Sequence record: OR757453.1
Direction: 5' to 3' (one strand)
Source of the DNA: Escherichia phage BYEP01
DNA length: 64,000 nt
Made by a program: the position numbers and the translations under genes. How positions within the stretch are numbered: the stretch's first letter is position 1; every line of letters starts with the position of its first letter. The notes under the pieces are model-generated. The model was not told the DNA's origin. It ran no database searches and saw nothing but the letters and a program-made list of their open reading frames with translations. Positions 39,176 through 58,942 of this stretch are shown piece by piece.

Positions 39176-39809
39176 ACGCTTTTTTCATGGCCTCTGCGAG
39201 AGCCATATAGGCGTCATCGGCACTTGTATCGGCTTCCGCCGTCTGTGATTCTGTAATTTCCTTAGGAGTTACCCATGCATCTGGAGCACTTGGACCCCAT
39301 ACCGCATCAACACCTACAGTTAATTTGAATCCTTCGTTTACGATACGATAACCTTTATTTGTGTCAGTCAATGAACCTAATCCACGAGAAGAAACTCCTG
39401 GAATCCATCCGGCACGAATATTAGCTGCTAATTTATCTCCAGGACCGTGGTCACCTTCAATAACACGAGCTCGTCCGTATACGTCATTTCCTTTCCACCA
39501 CATATCTTCTATAATGATAGCGGCTTGCATCGGGTCAACATTAGCGCGTGGAGGATGATTTAATTCTCCGAGAGCTTGTTTAGTTAAAACTTGCTCATTG
39601 ATATAGTCTTTTACCGCTTTTTCTAATATGCGTTTTGGATAAAGACGTTTATTTCTATTGACGACTTCCGCTTGCATGAATATTCCTTCGATGTATAAAC
39701 CAGGTTTTAAACCTAGGTCTTTTCCATCGTGAGATTCAAGCATTGGCACACCATCAATAATTTCGCCAGGTTGACCCCAAGTTTCAATTAGTAATTGGGG
39801 TTCATTCAT
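39171..39809 (-). CDS. 21: prohead protease (gene 21 product)
   Basis: 212 aa; size and position. Confidence 0.85.
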   Translation of the reverse strand: MNEPQLLIETWGQPGEIIDGVPMLESHDGKDLGLKPGLYIEGIFMQAEVVNRNKRLYPKRILEKAVKDYINEQVLTKQALGELNHPPRANVDPMQAAIIIEDMWWKGNDVYGRARVIEGDHGPGDKLAANIRAGWIPGVSSRGLGSLTDTNKGYRIVNEGFKLTVGVDAVWGPSAPDAWVTPKEITESQTAEADTSADDAYMALAEAMKKAL

Positions 39810-40234
39810 TAGCTTAATCCTAATGCTTTACGGCGTTTAAGAGCTTTTTTACGCTTACGCTGAGCACGAGATTGACCTGCTGGATTGGCAATCTTCGTTT
39901 TGGTAGCTTTGCGAGCAATTTGTCTACGTTTTGCTTTAGACAGCCCAGTGGTTTGAAATGCATTACGTTCGCGTGTTTTGCGATCTTTAGTACGTGTAAT
40001 TTCACCACGAGCTGAAACGTGCTTAACAATGAATTCATTTAACGGCATGTTTTCATTAATAGAAGCTAATGCAACTGCTAAATCAGTTTCATCATCAAGC
40101 ATATTCTCGACAATTGTATTTATATCGTCTTTATTTAAAGCAGAAGACAATTCGTCAAAGCGACCCTGTGCTTCAGGAATAAGTGCTTCGACATTCTCGA
40201 GAACTAATTCATGAGTTTCAGGGATCAGAAGCAT
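39809..40234 (-). CDS. 68: prohead core protein (gene 68 product)
   Basis: 141 aa; position. Confidence 0.7.
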
Positions 40235-40481
40235 TATTCATCATCCTCGTCTTCGTCAGAGTCTTTGTCTTTTTTGTCGTCTTTATCATCGCTATCTTCG
40301 TCATCATCCTCGTCTTCATCATCCTCATCATCAGGTTCTTCACCTTCGATTAAGAAATTACGAGCGATAGCGATTTTTTCTTCTTTAATTAAATCAATCG
40401 TTCTTGCAGCCATGGCTTCAGCAAAGAATTTACGAGCGGCTACGAGGTCGTTTGATTTAATAGCTTCAATTAAACCTTCCA

Positions 40482-40482
<1 letters not shown>
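40234..40482 (-). CDS. 67: prohead core protein with poly-acidic tail (gene 67 product)
   Basis: 82 aa ending in D/E-rich run. Confidence 0.7.
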
Positions 40483-42134
<1,652 letters not shown>

Positions 42135-42139
42135 TCATT

Positions 42140-42631
42140 TTATTCCCAATAATCGAGAGCAAGAGTTACTTCAAATGTTTGGATTTCATTGTTTGAATCC
42201 CAATCTAATTGAAGTTCACCCACGTTAGTAGGCCACAGGCCTTTAATTTCGACTTCTTTTGTTACAGTTTTAGCGTCACGAGCATATTGGCGTACAATAG
42301 CACTCTTTTTATACTCTGCTGGTTTTCCACCAGTAATTTCGTTTCCTTGCCCAGCAGCAATGCTTTGCCAGTCAACAAACTTCTGGCGTGCATCATGCGC
42401 CTCATCATTCATTACTGTAATAGTCCAGTCATCGAATGTACGATCGCCTGCTACGTTAATTTTACGGTTCATAAATCCGACTGGAATTTTTTCTACAATA
42501 CCAGCTGGTAAAGCAGTGGCTTTACATTGAAACGTAAAATTTTGTCCAAGATAAGAAATTTCTACTTGGAATAAGTTAGGTCGAGCAAAATCACCAGATT
42601 CAAACGCTCGTGTTACATCATCTACAAACAT
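42140..42631 (-). CDS. 19: tail tube protein (gene 19 product)
   Basis: 163 aa; size and position. Confidence 0.88.
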   Translation of the reverse strand: MFVDDVTRAFESGDFARPNLFQVEISYLGQNFTFQCKATALPAGIVEKIPVGFMNRKINVAGDRTFDDWTITVMNDEAHDARQKFVDWQSIAAGQGNEITGGKPAEYKKSAIVRQYARDAKTVTKEVEIKGLWPTNVGELQLDWDSNNEIQTFEVTLALDYWE

Positions 42632-42704
42632 ATTAGCCTCTGTAGTATTTATATCCCTATGTTTAACCTAGGGCATATAGAATTAAAGAATTAAGGATAT
42701 AGTG

Positions 42705-42712
42705 TATTTATA
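42705..42712 (-). promoter_or_regulatory. late promoter TATAAATA for gene 19
   Basis: tatttata on + strand between gene 18 terminator and gene 19. Confidence 0.5.
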
Positions 42713-42714
42713 TG

Positions 42715-42732
42715 GCCTGCCGAAACAGGCCT
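42715..42732 (-). terminator. terminator-like hairpin after gene 18
   Basis: ggcctgccgaaacaggcc stem-loop. Confidence 0.5.
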
Positions 42733-42747
42733 TTAGAATGCACTGTA

Positions 42748-44727
42748 TTAACCTGCAAGACCAGTTAACTCATCGAAATCTGCACCAGTAGCAGTTGCGA
42801 CGAAATTAAGTTGGATATAATTTATACTGCGCGCCGGTTGGATGTAGAATGTTGCAACAAACTCATTTCTATCAATTACTGACGGAGTGTTATTTGTTGT
42901 ATCGCAAACTACACGATATTCATAAATTCCACCGAGAGCTTTAATTCCCTGTAAGTACTGGGCAGTTTCTGTGCGGAATGATGAACGGGTAAACGCGTTG
43001 TTTAATTCGAACAAACGATATTTTGAACTACGTCCGATATTCGTTTTCAACATATTAAACAGACGACGAACGTTAATACGATCAAATGGAGAAGGAACAG
43101 AAGTAGCTGTTTTATCACCATACAATACGTAACCATCACCACCTGTACCGGTTACCGGGTTGATAGCTTCTTGGTATAAACGGTCGCGCTGCGCCTGGCG
43201 AGTTTCAATAGCAAGTTTAATAACGTTAAGAATCTGGCCACGATTATAACCAGCTGGAGACATCCAAGTCTGAGAAACGTTATCGGTTCTCGCGCATAAA
43301 CCAGCAATATCAGCTGCTAATGGAACCCAACGATTCACATCATTATATTTGTCATACTGATACTTGTAGTTACCATCGATTGCTGCATAGGTTGAACTGA
43401 TATTAAAGTTGTTATCAGTGTATGAACCTGCTGCAGTTCTCCAATTGACTAAGTTATCAACAGCACGAGTTACAGGAATTCCAACTACAGTTTCACGCGG
43501 TGGTGAGCATAATACTAAGCAATCTTGGCGAGCATCACCAATTGAAACGACGTGTTTTTGGACAGTAGATGCTGTTTCTAAAGATTCGCCAGCGCAAGAA
43601 CCCGCAATAAACAACTGAACGTCAACAGATTCACGGTCAGCAAAGAAGTCCCAAGCTTCCATCAAATCTCCTGCTGTTACTTCAGCATTTGATGATAATC
43701 CGCCAGACAGAGTTAAAATTCCAGAGAAGCCTTCTGGCCAGTTTTGTGCAGTTGCGAAAATATATTCTGAACCACCTTTTGCGAAAAAGTCATCAATATA
43801 GATGTTACTATCGTAAATATCTTTTTCACCACGCTTTGTTGAAAGAACAACGCTTTGAACAATAGCATCATTGCGACGAACTATAATAGCATATTGTGAA
43901 TCAGTTTGTGGTCCATATCCAAACACTGCTTTTGCAGTAGATGCGCGTGTGCCACCGCCTGGATAAATTGGAAGTAATGCAGAAGCACCTTTTGCGTAGT
44001 CAGCTTTAGATACGATTTCAATTTCAATTTTATCGCCCAACTCGCCTGGATAAAGAGCTACTACTCCTGGAATTCCATATTTTTCGAGATTTGCTTGAAA
44101 TTCAACCGCTGTCATAGCAGCTTCGGCATTTTCAATTTCAGCTAATAAAATACCAGAATCAGTAATAATTTTTCCAAGAGTTATTACTGCAGCTAAACCA
44201 GAGGAAGACGAAGAAATTTCCGCGGTCCAGTTAGAACCTAATGCTGGATATTCACCAACTTCTTTCGCTTTAGCGATAATTTTTGCGGTAGGAATATTAA
44301 TTTTCTTAATTTTTCCATCAGCATCTACTTCGGTAATTTTACCTTCCGTTTCAATGTCTTCTGAAACATACTTAACTGTGATTTTATCTCCAACCGCGTA
44401 GTTACTACCTGGGGTAGAAATAGTGTATTCAATATTACCGGCAATCGGAGACGAGTTTTTAGCGGTATCTCTATCGACAGCACGCACAACTCGCAAATCA
44501 TTTCCGTATTGTAAGAAATTCATTGCAGACATAAAATAGTCAGCAGTTTCAGCTGTAGGTTGACCAAAAGTATTAACTAAATCTACTTCATTTGTAACCT
44601 GTTTAATTTGAAAAGCAGGACCCCACTGGAATTTACCGGCCAAAGCTGCTGTACCAGTAGAGTTATTAACCACGGTGCTTTGAACCGTAGTTTCTTTGAG
44701 CTCAATGCCCGGAGATAATAAAGTCAT
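42748..44727 (-). CDS. 18: contractile tail sheath protein (gene 18 product)
   Basis: 659 aa; size and position. Confidence 0.9.
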   Translation of the reverse strand: MTLLSPGIELKETTVQSTVVNNSTGTAALAGKFQWGPAFQIKQVTNEVDLVNTFGQPTAETADYFMSAMNFLQYGNDLRVVRAVDRDTAKNSSPIAGNIEYTISTPGSNYAVGDKITVKYVSEDIETEGKITEVDADGKIKKINIPTAKIIAKAKEVGEYPALGSNWTAEISSSSSGLAAVITLGKIITDSGILLAEIENAEAAMTAVEFQANLEKYGIPGVVALYPGELGDKIEIEIVSKADYAKGASALLPIYPGGGTRASTAKAVFGYGPQTDSQYAIIVRRNDAIVQSVVLSTKRGEKDIYDSNIYIDDFFAKGGSEYIFATAQNWPEGFSGILTLSGGLSSNAEVTAGDLMEAWDFFADRESVDVQLFIAGSCAGESLETASTVQKHVVSIGDARQDCLVLCSPPRETVVGIPVTRAVDNLVNWRTAAGSYTDNNFNISSTYAAIDGNYKYQYDKYNDVNRWVPLAADIAGLCARTDNVSQTWMSPAGYNRGQILNVIKLAIETRQAQRDRLYQEAINPVTGTGGDGYVLYGDKTATSVPSPFDRINVRRLFNMLKTNIGRSSKYRLFELNNAFTRSSFRTETAQYLQGIKALGGIYEYRVVCDTTNNTPSVIDRNEFVATFYIQPARSINYIQLNFVATATGADFDELTGLAG

Positions 44728-44755
44728 TTTTAATCCTCTTTAATATGCTTTAATA

Positions 44756-48916
<4,161 letters not shown>

Positions 48917-48957
48917 GATTTCTCCTAATCTGGGTTTTAATTAGTTTATAATATTTA

Positions 48958-51468
<2,511 letters not shown>

Positions 51469-51481
51469 TTAAAAATCCTTT

Positions 51482-51497
51482 GGGGCCTTGCGGCCCC
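51482..51497 (-). terminator. terminator-like hairpin after wac
   Basis: ggggccttgcggcccc stem-loop. Confidence 0.5.
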
Positions 51498-51500
51498 ATG

Positions 51501-52964
51501 TTATGCTGGTGATAAAAAGGTAGAAAGTAATACCCATTCGCCGTCTTTACGAACGTAAGCTTGACCATCTTTCGGAGCTTCAGGAATATAACCTGCTTCT
51601 TGTAGAGCTTGAACATCACCTTGCAGAGAAGATATACTGCCTTTGGCTGTATTCACTTCTTGTGTAACTGATGCAATGTTGGTTTCGTTAGTTTTTATTG
51701 AGTTGGTTAATCCACGTTCTTCGACAGTTGAACCGTTTGGATTAGTTCCATTTACTAAAGTATTTAACGCTACAACTTGCCCTTTAATTCCTGTGCTGTT
51801 ATTACCAATCTCTACTTGTAGGTTTTGAACATCGTTATTCAAGTTTGAAACAGAAGTTTCAATTGTAGAAACTCGGCTTAAAAGAGACCCAGGAGGAGAA
51901 GGTTGTCCACCGCTAGAATCAGTTCCAACAATTTGGTTTAACCATGAAACATTCGCTCTTAAACCAGATGAAGTGTTTTCACCGACGATTCCATTTAGAG
52001 CTTCGATTGAAGTTGTGTTATCTTTGATTTGGCCTTTAATACTCGAAGGAATATCATCTGAACCAATAGAAGTTTCAATAGCAGTTAAACGCTGTTTAAT
52101 ACCTCCACTTTGATTTAGCTCTAAATTAATAGATACAATATTATCAGTGTTTGTATTAACATTCGTGATAATCGAATTATTTTCTGGATATCCTATTGAT
52201 GTCTTAATAGCACTAATGTCAGACTCAACTGTTGTCTGTTTAGTGTCAATTTCATTTAAGCGACTGTAAACGGTTTGTGAAAATGATGGTGGTTTAGGTC
52301 CAAGTTCTTCGCGAAGATTACCAACTTCAATAGTTAAAGAACCTACATCAGATTCAATAAATTTTGTTTCTAATTCGCTTAAACGTATTCCCTGTGAAGT
52401 AATGACATCAGTATTATTAATAATGCGATGCTTCATTCCTGTGCTAGGATTTCCTACAACAGGAAGACCATTAATATCTTGGCCTGTATATTGTCCAAGT
52501 TCACGCTTTATCCACAGTAAATCATTTCTGATCGTTCTGTATACAGAGTTGGCCTCGGAGTTAAATGGACCAATATCAGCAAGAATACTGTCAACCGTGC
52601 TATTAGTTCCATTTAATATTTCTGTATGTTCACTGGTTAACGTTTTAAGGTCAGAAATATCTTTTTTATTGATACTTATTTGTGTCAAAGCTTCAATATC
52701 ACCAGATACATCTAAGATACCCTGAATTGTTTTAATATCACTATTTGCGGTTTCTAAAGATGTTTTGAGTATTCCGATGTTTTTATCGAGAACTTCAACA
52801 TTTCTTAGTACAGAAACCGTAGGTCTATTCATTGAGCCTTCACTTCCATATTGTGTATCAGCTCCTAATATTTCTTCGCCGTTTTTAATCCAGGAAATGC
52901 GGCTCTGGCCCTCTGCAGGAGGGCCGTCAACGAATGGTAAGTCATTCAGTACAATATCTGTCAT
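51501..52964 (-). CDS. wac: fibritin (whisker antigen control)
   Basis: 487 aa, coiled-coil heptad character, C-terminal foldon-like [27 protein letters not shown]. Confidence 0.9.
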   Translation of the reverse strand: MTDIVLNDLPFVDGPPAEGQSRISWIKNGEEILGADTQYGSEGSMNRPTVSVLRNVEVLDKNIGILKTSLETANSDIKTIQGILDVSGDIEALTQISINKKDISDLKTLTSEHTEILNGTNSTVDSILADIGPFNSEANSVYRTIRNDLLWIKRELGQYTGQDINGLPVVGNPSTGMKHRIINNTDVITSQGIRLSELETKFIESDVGSLTIEVGNLREELGPKPPSFSQTVYSRLNEIDTKQTTVESDISAIKTSIGYPENNSIITNVNTNTDNIVSINLELNQSGGIKQRLTAIETSIGSDDIPSSIKGQIKDNTTSIEALNGIVGENTSSGLRANVSWLNQIVGTDSSGGQPSPPGSLLSRVSTIETSVSNLNNDVQNLQVEIGNNSTGIKGQVVALNTLVNGTNPNGSTVEERGLTNSIKTNETNIASVTQEVNTAKGSISSLQGDVQALQEAGYIPEAPKDGQAYVRKDGEWVLLSTFLSPA

Positions 52965-54544
52965 TCTTTTACCTTAATTATGTAGTTTAAAGAAATGTTC
53001 CATGGGCGTGTTTCATTTCCAATTAATTCAGGACGATTTAATGTGTATTTGGAATTTCGTTGTGATTCTGGGTCAATTTCATATCCGTCATTGGTGAAGT
53101 ATGAACGGTTATCCCAGTCAAGTCCTTTACGTGTACCAACAAAATTTGATCTACGAGTATTACCGAATGCCCCGGCATCATCCTGCTCACCAAATCCGCC
53201 AGCGTGTTTATGATAAGACATCTGCTGTTTTTGTACTTCACCAACATATCCACCGGTACAGCCTACACCTAATCTAGGCTTACCAAATTGGTCATTACCG
53301 TTAACATTTGGATTTGTTAAGTGAGAGCCACGACCGGAGCCACGAACAAAAAGACCACGCATATCAGGTAATCCAGGATTTGATGAGCTTCCGCCGTATC
53401 TTGTTCCAATTCTAGAAGCATATAATGGACAATCTGATGCTGAAACAGTTCCGCCATGGCAGAAGCGCCAAGCATCACTAGGAAGGCTATCAGCCGCCCA
53501 CATCATAATAGCTCCGACAGGAATAGTTCTATCTATTTCATTCTGCGTTACGACACGCTTACCCTGAATATAACCACCGGTCATGTTAACTGTTCCGGTA
53601 ATATTTGCTCCGCCTGAAGCTATTGTGAGCGTATTATTAATGCGAAGTGTTCCATTAATCGTTTGACCACCTCTTTGATGGATAACGTCAGCATTCCAAG
53701 CTAGTGCTGATGAAGCATCACCTCCACTCTGTGAGCCGGCGGTTGTAGTTAATTTAACTACGCCTCTCATTGACGTTGTAGAACCACGACCATTAAGAGT
53801 TGCGCCAGTAACCGCAACAGAAGCATTATTTGAGTTAACTTCTGATTGCGTTCCTAATTTAATTACGCCTTTATATTCTTCAGTAGCAGTAGAATTCATG
53901 AACGTATAAGGAGAAATTGCATAGCCTTCTCTTAAAGTTCCTTGACGAACTTGAGCTACTGTCGCTAATTGAACAACACCTTGGGCCGATTCGGTAGCTG
54001 TGGATTCAGAAGGAGCGATTTGCGCAATTAGTTTAATAGCTAACTGCTGCGTTTTTAATGGAGTCATTGCAGTAGTATCATCTGCGCCAGCTAATGCTTG
54101 CGGTAGAGATGAAATTTTAATAACTCCATTCTTTGATTCAGTTGAAACTCGTGTTTCAAAGGCATTATTAAGGGCAACAGTAAATTTAGCAGGAGTTATA
54201 GAAGATTCATTATTAACTCCAGCAATTGCTTCATCATTGGTTGAATATCTTGTTAATCCGTAAACAGTTTCAGTTGCGTTTGGATAAGATAATCTTGTTG
54301 CCAACGTTGCTGGTGTAACTGCTTTGGTATTATCAGTTCCATCGATAACTTCCTGTTCAGTGGCAAGAAATAAAATTCCTTTTGTTGTTGATGATGCATC
54401 AGGAACTCCATTTACACCAGCAGGAGAAATGGCTGCTATAGCAGCCTGAACATCAGTAATCTCTGCTGGAAAATTTGTGCCAGTTGGATCAAATTTTACA
54501 TAGCGAGATTCATTAGAAACGTGTTGGTATGTATTATTACTCAT
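52961..54544 (-). CDS. 12: short tail fibre (gene 12 product)
   Basis: 527 aa; position and size. Confidence 0.85.
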   Translation of the reverse strand: MSNNTYQHVSNESRYVKFDPTGTNFPAEITDVQAAIAAISPAGVNGVPDASSTTKGILFLATEQEVIDGTDNTKAVTPATLATRLSYPNATETVYGLTRYSTNDEAIAGVNNESSITPAKFTVALNNAFETRVSTESKNGVIKISSLPQALAGADDTTAMTPLKTQQLAIKLIAQIAPSESTATESAQGVVQLATVAQVRQGTLREGYAISPYTFMNSTATEEYKGVIKLGTQSEVNSNNASVAVTGATLNGRGSTTSMRGVVKLTTTAGSQSGGDASSALAWNADVIHQRGGQTINGTLRINNTLTIASGGANITGTVNMTGGYIQGKRVVTQNEIDRTIPVGAIMMWAADSLPSDAWRFCHGGTVSASDCPLYASRIGTRYGGSSSNPGLPDMRGLFVRGSGRGSHLTNPNVNGNDQFGKPRLGVGCTGGYVGEVQKQQMSYHKHAGGFGEQDDAGAFGNTRRSNFVGTRKGLDWDNRSYFTNDGYEIDPESQRNSKYTLNRPELIGNETRPWNISLNYIIKVKE

Positions 54545-55200
54545 GCTGTTCTCTCAAAATGATAAAGTACTATTGGAGTTTGCTGATTATCTAAAGTTAC
54601 AGTTTGTGCACCAAGCAAATTCCATGTGCCATATCCAGGCTTAGATTCGGAAATAATTTCTTGGGAAATAGTTATTCCATACGTAGAATATGTGCTTAAT
54701 ACATGTTTTTGATTATCTAAATAAGTAACTTCTAATTTACTACCATCGGTTGGATGGTCTTTATATGAATTGATAGCAGTAAATGACGCAATAGCTTCTT
54801 GCAGAGCAACACGAACTTTGGCGACAAACTCAATAGCTGTCATTCCAGTTGTTGCTGAAACTGGAAGACCAAATACTAATACAGTAACAGGAGAACCAGG
54901 AGGAAGCGAATCATCTGTCACAGTTCCTGAAAATGCCCAATAATCAGTTTGAGAAACACCCTCAGGAGAAACACCAGTTTTATTAGTAATAATTGTACCA
55001 ACGTCTTTTATAGAAAAATTATGAACGTCATTAATAGCTGATTCTACGTTTGGTTCATAAAATCCTTTCGCTAATTGAGAAATTGTCACTGACCCAACTG
55101 ATTGACGATTCATTACATCTATATTACCAGCTTTAGGTCTAAAACCAAGAAAATCGGCTAAGCGGGAAATAACTCCCGCTTTATTATTAAGTAAACTCAT
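54541..55200 (-). CDS. 11: baseplate wedge / short tail fibre attachment (gene 11 product)
   Basis: 219 aa from [17 protein letters not shown]…. Confidence 0.8.
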   Translation of the reverse strand: MSLLNNKAGVISRLADFLGFRPKAGNIDVMNRQSVGSVTISQLAKGFYEPNVESAINDVHNFSIKDVGTIITNKTGVSPEGVSQTDYWAFSGTVTDDSLPPGSPVTVLVFGLPVSATTGMTAIEFVAKVRVALQEAIASFTAINSYKDHPTDGSKLEVTYLDNQKHVLSTYSTYGITISQEIISESKPGYGTWNLLGAQTVTLDNQQTPIVLYHFERTA

Positions 55201-57008
55201 TATGCAATCCTTATCCAACGATAAACTGTAATATATGGTTGAATGTTAGTTATTGATGTTGGCGGAGTGTGAGTAGAGTTAGTAGATGCTTTAGCTTCAC
55301 GGTATTTAGTGTAAATTGGACCGGATTCATCTGGATCGTATTGACACCCACCAACAATGACTGATCCATTTTCATCAACTATTAGAACTTCTTCATCTGT
55401 TTCAGTTGCAGGAAGATTAGCATTTTCCAATGTAACCGAAGTAGAACCACCTGTTCCACCTGCAGTATGCGAAGGACTTCCACCAGAATCTAAATCGTTG
55501 TTATTTAGAGCGAAATTCGGATCCGAAATATCTTCATTCCATCCAACTAAAACTTTTCCTTGCCCAAATAATTTCCATGAGCCGAATCCCATATATGTAA
55601 CAGGGTTGTTTGGATTAACAGCGTTTTCATATATAGTTCCAATAGGATAAATCGTATCAAAGATATTTGAAACAGCATTAAATTCGCGTTGATAAGATTG
55701 AACTGCTTCTACATTTGGCCAACCAATTTTATCGAAGTCTGTTAAATTTACATCACCAGAAATATCTACTCCCGGCCCTTGCGATACATAGAGATTATCA
55801 GTTTCATCAATAATCTCATCTTTTGTCAATAATGTACCCAAATCATTATTAAACCAGGTGATATTGATAATGTCACCATGCTCAAATACTCTATCGAAAT
55901 GTAAAATTTCCGGTATGCCGTTTTCATCAGTTTCAATTGAATAATCGGTATGAGATTGTTCCCAAGTTCCACCTAAAACAGAGCATTCTACTTCATCGTC
56001 TGAATCGGCACCAACACAATGAAATAATGGCATTCCAACTGTGCCAGCCAATTCCTGCAAAATCCCGTTAAAACGAACCTCAAGAGAGTTAGGATTAATA
56101 GGTTCACCTGGAATTAATCCAAAAGCAGAAAATGGAATTGATTTCATTGTTGATAAATCAGTAACGTAAATACTTCCTTCTAGAGAAGTTTTTGACGTTA
56201 ATTTTGAATCTAACAATCTGATTTGACGTCTTGTATATGAACTTCTCCACTGCGATACACCATCCATAAATGTTTCAATTTGAACAGTGTCACCAATATT
56301 ACAAGGCTGTCTTAATCGAATATTAAATCCATCAAGAGGAACTAGTTCTCCTTCATTTTCGCCCGGAGAGCCAAAATCACTGTTTTCGCTAAACACATCG
56401 CCGTAATACAATTCGTTACCACGATGTTTTACTCTGATGTTATTTACATTATAACTAGTTCCACGGAAAACATCTAAAAAGTCTGTTTGTCCTTGAACTT
56501 CAACTAAAAATTCTTTGCGAGCTACATTACTAATGTCTGAACTGGTAATTTTGTCAATTTGTTTATTTTTGACATATTCCCAACGTCCTGGGGCACAATA
56601 CACTAGTTCTAAATCGCTGAATTGAACATTAATTTCAACTGGTACTGCAGACCCTTTAATCGTATCACCGGAAGCAGCTACTAGTGTAACTGGGTTGACG
56701 TTCCATGTAGCAAATACGTCTCTAGCTCTAATTACCTTGTTGTAATCATTAACTGTTCCTTTTGGAAGATTTATAGTCACTCTTCCAGAAGAGGTATTAA
56801 TAGCGTATGATTTTCCCCATTCAGCTTTTAGTGTTTGCCCAGATGAAGCATCATAAGTTTTCCAGGCACCAGCTGAATATGGAACGTCTCCATCACCGAG
56901 CTCGTAATAAAGCTCATCAAAGTTTTCATTTATTTTTATACCACCTTTACGCAGGTAGTCACCGGTACCATCATCTACAACATTACCGATATTAATATTT
57001 TGTTTCAT
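55200..57008 (-). CDS. 10: baseplate wedge protein (gene 10 product)
   Basis: 602 aa; position and size. Confidence 0.85.
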   Translation of the reverse strand: MKQNINIGNVVDDGTGDYLRKGGIKINENFDELYYELGDGDVPYSAGAWKTYDASSGQTLKAEWGKSYAINTSSGRVTINLPKGTVNDYNKVIRARDVFATWNVNPVTLVAASGDTIKGSAVPVEINVQFSDLELVYCAPGRWEYVKNKQIDKITSSDISNVARKEFLVEVQGQTDFLDVFRGTSYNVNNIRVKHRGNELYYGDVFSENSDFGSPGENEGELVPLDGFNIRLRQPCNIGDTVQIETFMDGVSQWRSSYTRRQIRLLDSKLTSKTSLEGSIYVTDLSTMKSIPFSAFGLIPGEPINPNSLEVRFNGILQELAGTVGMPLFHCVGADSDDEVECSVLGGTWEQSHTDYSIETDENGIPEILHFDRVFEHGDIINITWFNNDLGTLLTKDEIIDETDNLYVSQGPGVDISGDVNLTDFDKIGWPNVEAVQSYQREFNAVSNIFDTIYPIGTIYENAVNPNNPVTYMGFGSWKLFGQGKVLVGWNEDISDPNFALNNNDLDSGGSPSHTAGGTGGSTSVTLENANLPATETDEEVLIVDENGSVIVGGCQYDPDESGPIYTKYREAKASTNSTHTPPTSITNIQPYITVYRWIRIA

Positions 57009-57874
57009 TATTGAGCCACCCCGATTTTCTGCGTAGCGATAACTTTAACTGCTGCTCTCATACCGACAGTTGAAGAACTTATAGTCGCCGTTACATAATT
57101 TTCTTTAATACTAAATGCAATATTAGCGATTTCGTCTTCTTCGGTTTCATTCCCAACCCGCATGACAGCATATTCAGAAGAAATGACCTCTGAATTAACA
57201 GTATCCACAAGAATATTTATTTCTGCTGTTTTAATTTTTCTTCCATCTACTGATTGACATGTAACTAGCAATTTAGCCATATTGTATTCAGTGCGATGAA
57301 ATAGTGGAATATCAACTGATCCGGATGTAGAAATATTCCATGTACCTTCAGCTGGTGATTCTTTTTGGCCAAACATACTTTCAATAGAATAATTCCACAC
57401 CGATGTAGAATTATCAGATGAAATACAACGTAAAGTAACTTTACTATATGGGCTAGTTACTACTAAATTACCTGAAACACCTTTAATTGAATCAATCGCT
57501 TGAATCGTTAAAGGATTAGTAACTGATATAGATCCATTTGAGTTAATAAATTCAACGCAATCACCAAGTTCGCCTCTTTCAATGATAACTTTAACACCTA
57601 CAGTAGAGGTATCAATATCATGCCTAGTGCCAACTTTTACTGGAGTTGCGTACTCTGCAATAGAGTGTTTTTGATAATATCCAGTAGCATGGATAATTTG
57701 ACCATCTGCTCCAGTTCCATTTGCTACTGCCATTTTACGTTGATCGCCAAACGCATTATAAATTGCGTTAAAATCACTATTAATTTTATTACCACCGTCG
57801 AATAAGATATCACCAGTAGAAGCGTTACCAATTTCGCCGGTATCAATCAATTTCTTTGGTTCTTGAATGAACAT
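57008..57874 (-). CDS. 9: baseplate wedge / long tail fibre socket (gene 9 product)
   Basis: 288 aa; position and size. Confidence 0.85.
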   Translation of the reverse strand: MFIQEPKKLIDTGEIGNASTGDILFDGGNKINSDFNAIYNAFGDQRKMAVANGTGADGQIIHATGYYQKHSIAEYATPVKVGTRHDIDTSTVGVKVIIERGELGDCVEFINSNGSISVTNPLTIQAIDSIKGVSGNLVVTSPYSKVTLRCISSDNSTSVWNYSIESMFGQKESPAEGTWNISTSGSVDIPLFHRTEYNMAKLLVTCQSVDGRKIKTAEINILVDTVNSEVISSEYAVMRVGNETEEDEIANIAFSIKENYVTATISSSTVGMRAAVKVIATQKIGVAQ

Positions 57875-57898
57875 AGCGGTTTCCTTATGAGTTTATAG

Positions 57899-57906
57899 TA
57901 TTTATA
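57899..57906 (-). promoter_or_regulatory. late promoter TATAAATA for gene 9
   Basis: tatttata on + strand ~25 nt upstream of gene 9 start. Confidence 0.55.
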
Positions 57907-57914
57907 AAGAAAAA

Positions 57915-57932
57915 GGGAGCCCATGGGCTCCC
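57915..57932 (-). terminator. rho-independent terminator after gene 8
   Basis: gggagcccatgggctccc hairpin with T-run on - strand. Confidence 0.65.
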
Positions 57933-57937
57933 TTAAG

Positions 57938-58942
57938 TTAAAATGTAAACAGAATATTGATTTCTTCTGTTTGATCCATTGCCATAATAATAGGTGGCCT
58001 ATTTTCCATATAAATCATTTCGCCCGAATGCCTCATTAAATCTTCCGGATCATAATAATCCTTTTCAGCTTTAACGTTTGGGTCATTTGGATGAGCTTTA
58101 GCTTCAAGAGGATTCGTGATTATTGATATTTGCCTAAATCCTTTATTTCCCGGCAGTGCAGCTTCAGGAAAATAAACTGAATCTAAATATGCTTTAAAAC
58201 GGATAGTATTTGCCTTAACACGGTAAATTAATCCAAAATCATCTTGTTGCCATGTGAGATTATCTTCATATCCCCATCTAGTCGGGTCTTCTTTTAATTC
58301 CTCAGGCCAAGGAACCACGATATATTCATTCGTGCATCTATTTATAGATACATCAGGCGGAATCTCAAAAAGGTATTCCCAAACATATCCGTCTCCAGGT
58401 TCGATTGTTCCTTCCGCATCTCCTCGACCTTCAGGAGGAGTCATTGACCTAGCAGAAGGAGTCCATTTTCCACCTAACTTAAGGCATTCATCTTTATCAG
58501 TTAAAGATGCTATTGAACACATTCCGGTATCAGGAACATCTAAACAACGATATACTAACCAGCCTGCGCCTGATTCGGTAGCATTGTAAGGAGCTGAGTT
58601 ACATACTACAATATCGTTAATTCTAAATGTGTATGGATCCGGATATCTAGTATCTCCCCAATCTCGACGAGGAATAACTGCATCAAGCATAGATGGAAGA
58701 ACCTTCACGGTTCCCATCATATGAGTCCACATGTCAGTTACACCTAATACAGAATCAGTGGGATAAGGCGGGGCAAAGCCCGCCTCATTTTCATTTGATG
58801 ACCACGGTTCTGATCTTCCAAATGTGATAAAGATAGTGTTTTTATCCGGACCACTTCCAATTGAATTATAAAAATTCAACATTTTTTCTGTTCTAAATTT
58901 TGAAGTAACTATCGCACGATAGATAACACTTGAATCATTCAT
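57938..58942 (-). CDS. 8: baseplate wedge protein (gene 8 product)
   Basis: 334 aa; position and size. Confidence 0.85.
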   Translation of the reverse strand: MNDSSVIYRAIVTSKFRTEKMLNFYNSIGSGPDKNTIFITFGRSEPWSSNENEAGFAPPYPTDSVLGVTDMWTHMMGTVKVLPSMLDAVIPRRDWGDTRYPDPYTFRINDIVVCNSAPYNATESGAGWLVYRCLDVPDTGMCSIASLTDKDECLKLGGKWTPSARSMTPPEGRGDAEGTIEPGDGYVWEYLFEIPPDVSINRCTNEYIVVPWPEELKEDPTRWGYEDNLTWQQDDFGLIYRVKANTIRFKAYLDSVYFPEAALPGNKGFRQISIITNPLEAKAHPNDPNVKAEKDYYDPEDLMRHSGEMIYMENRPPIIMAMDQTEEINILFTF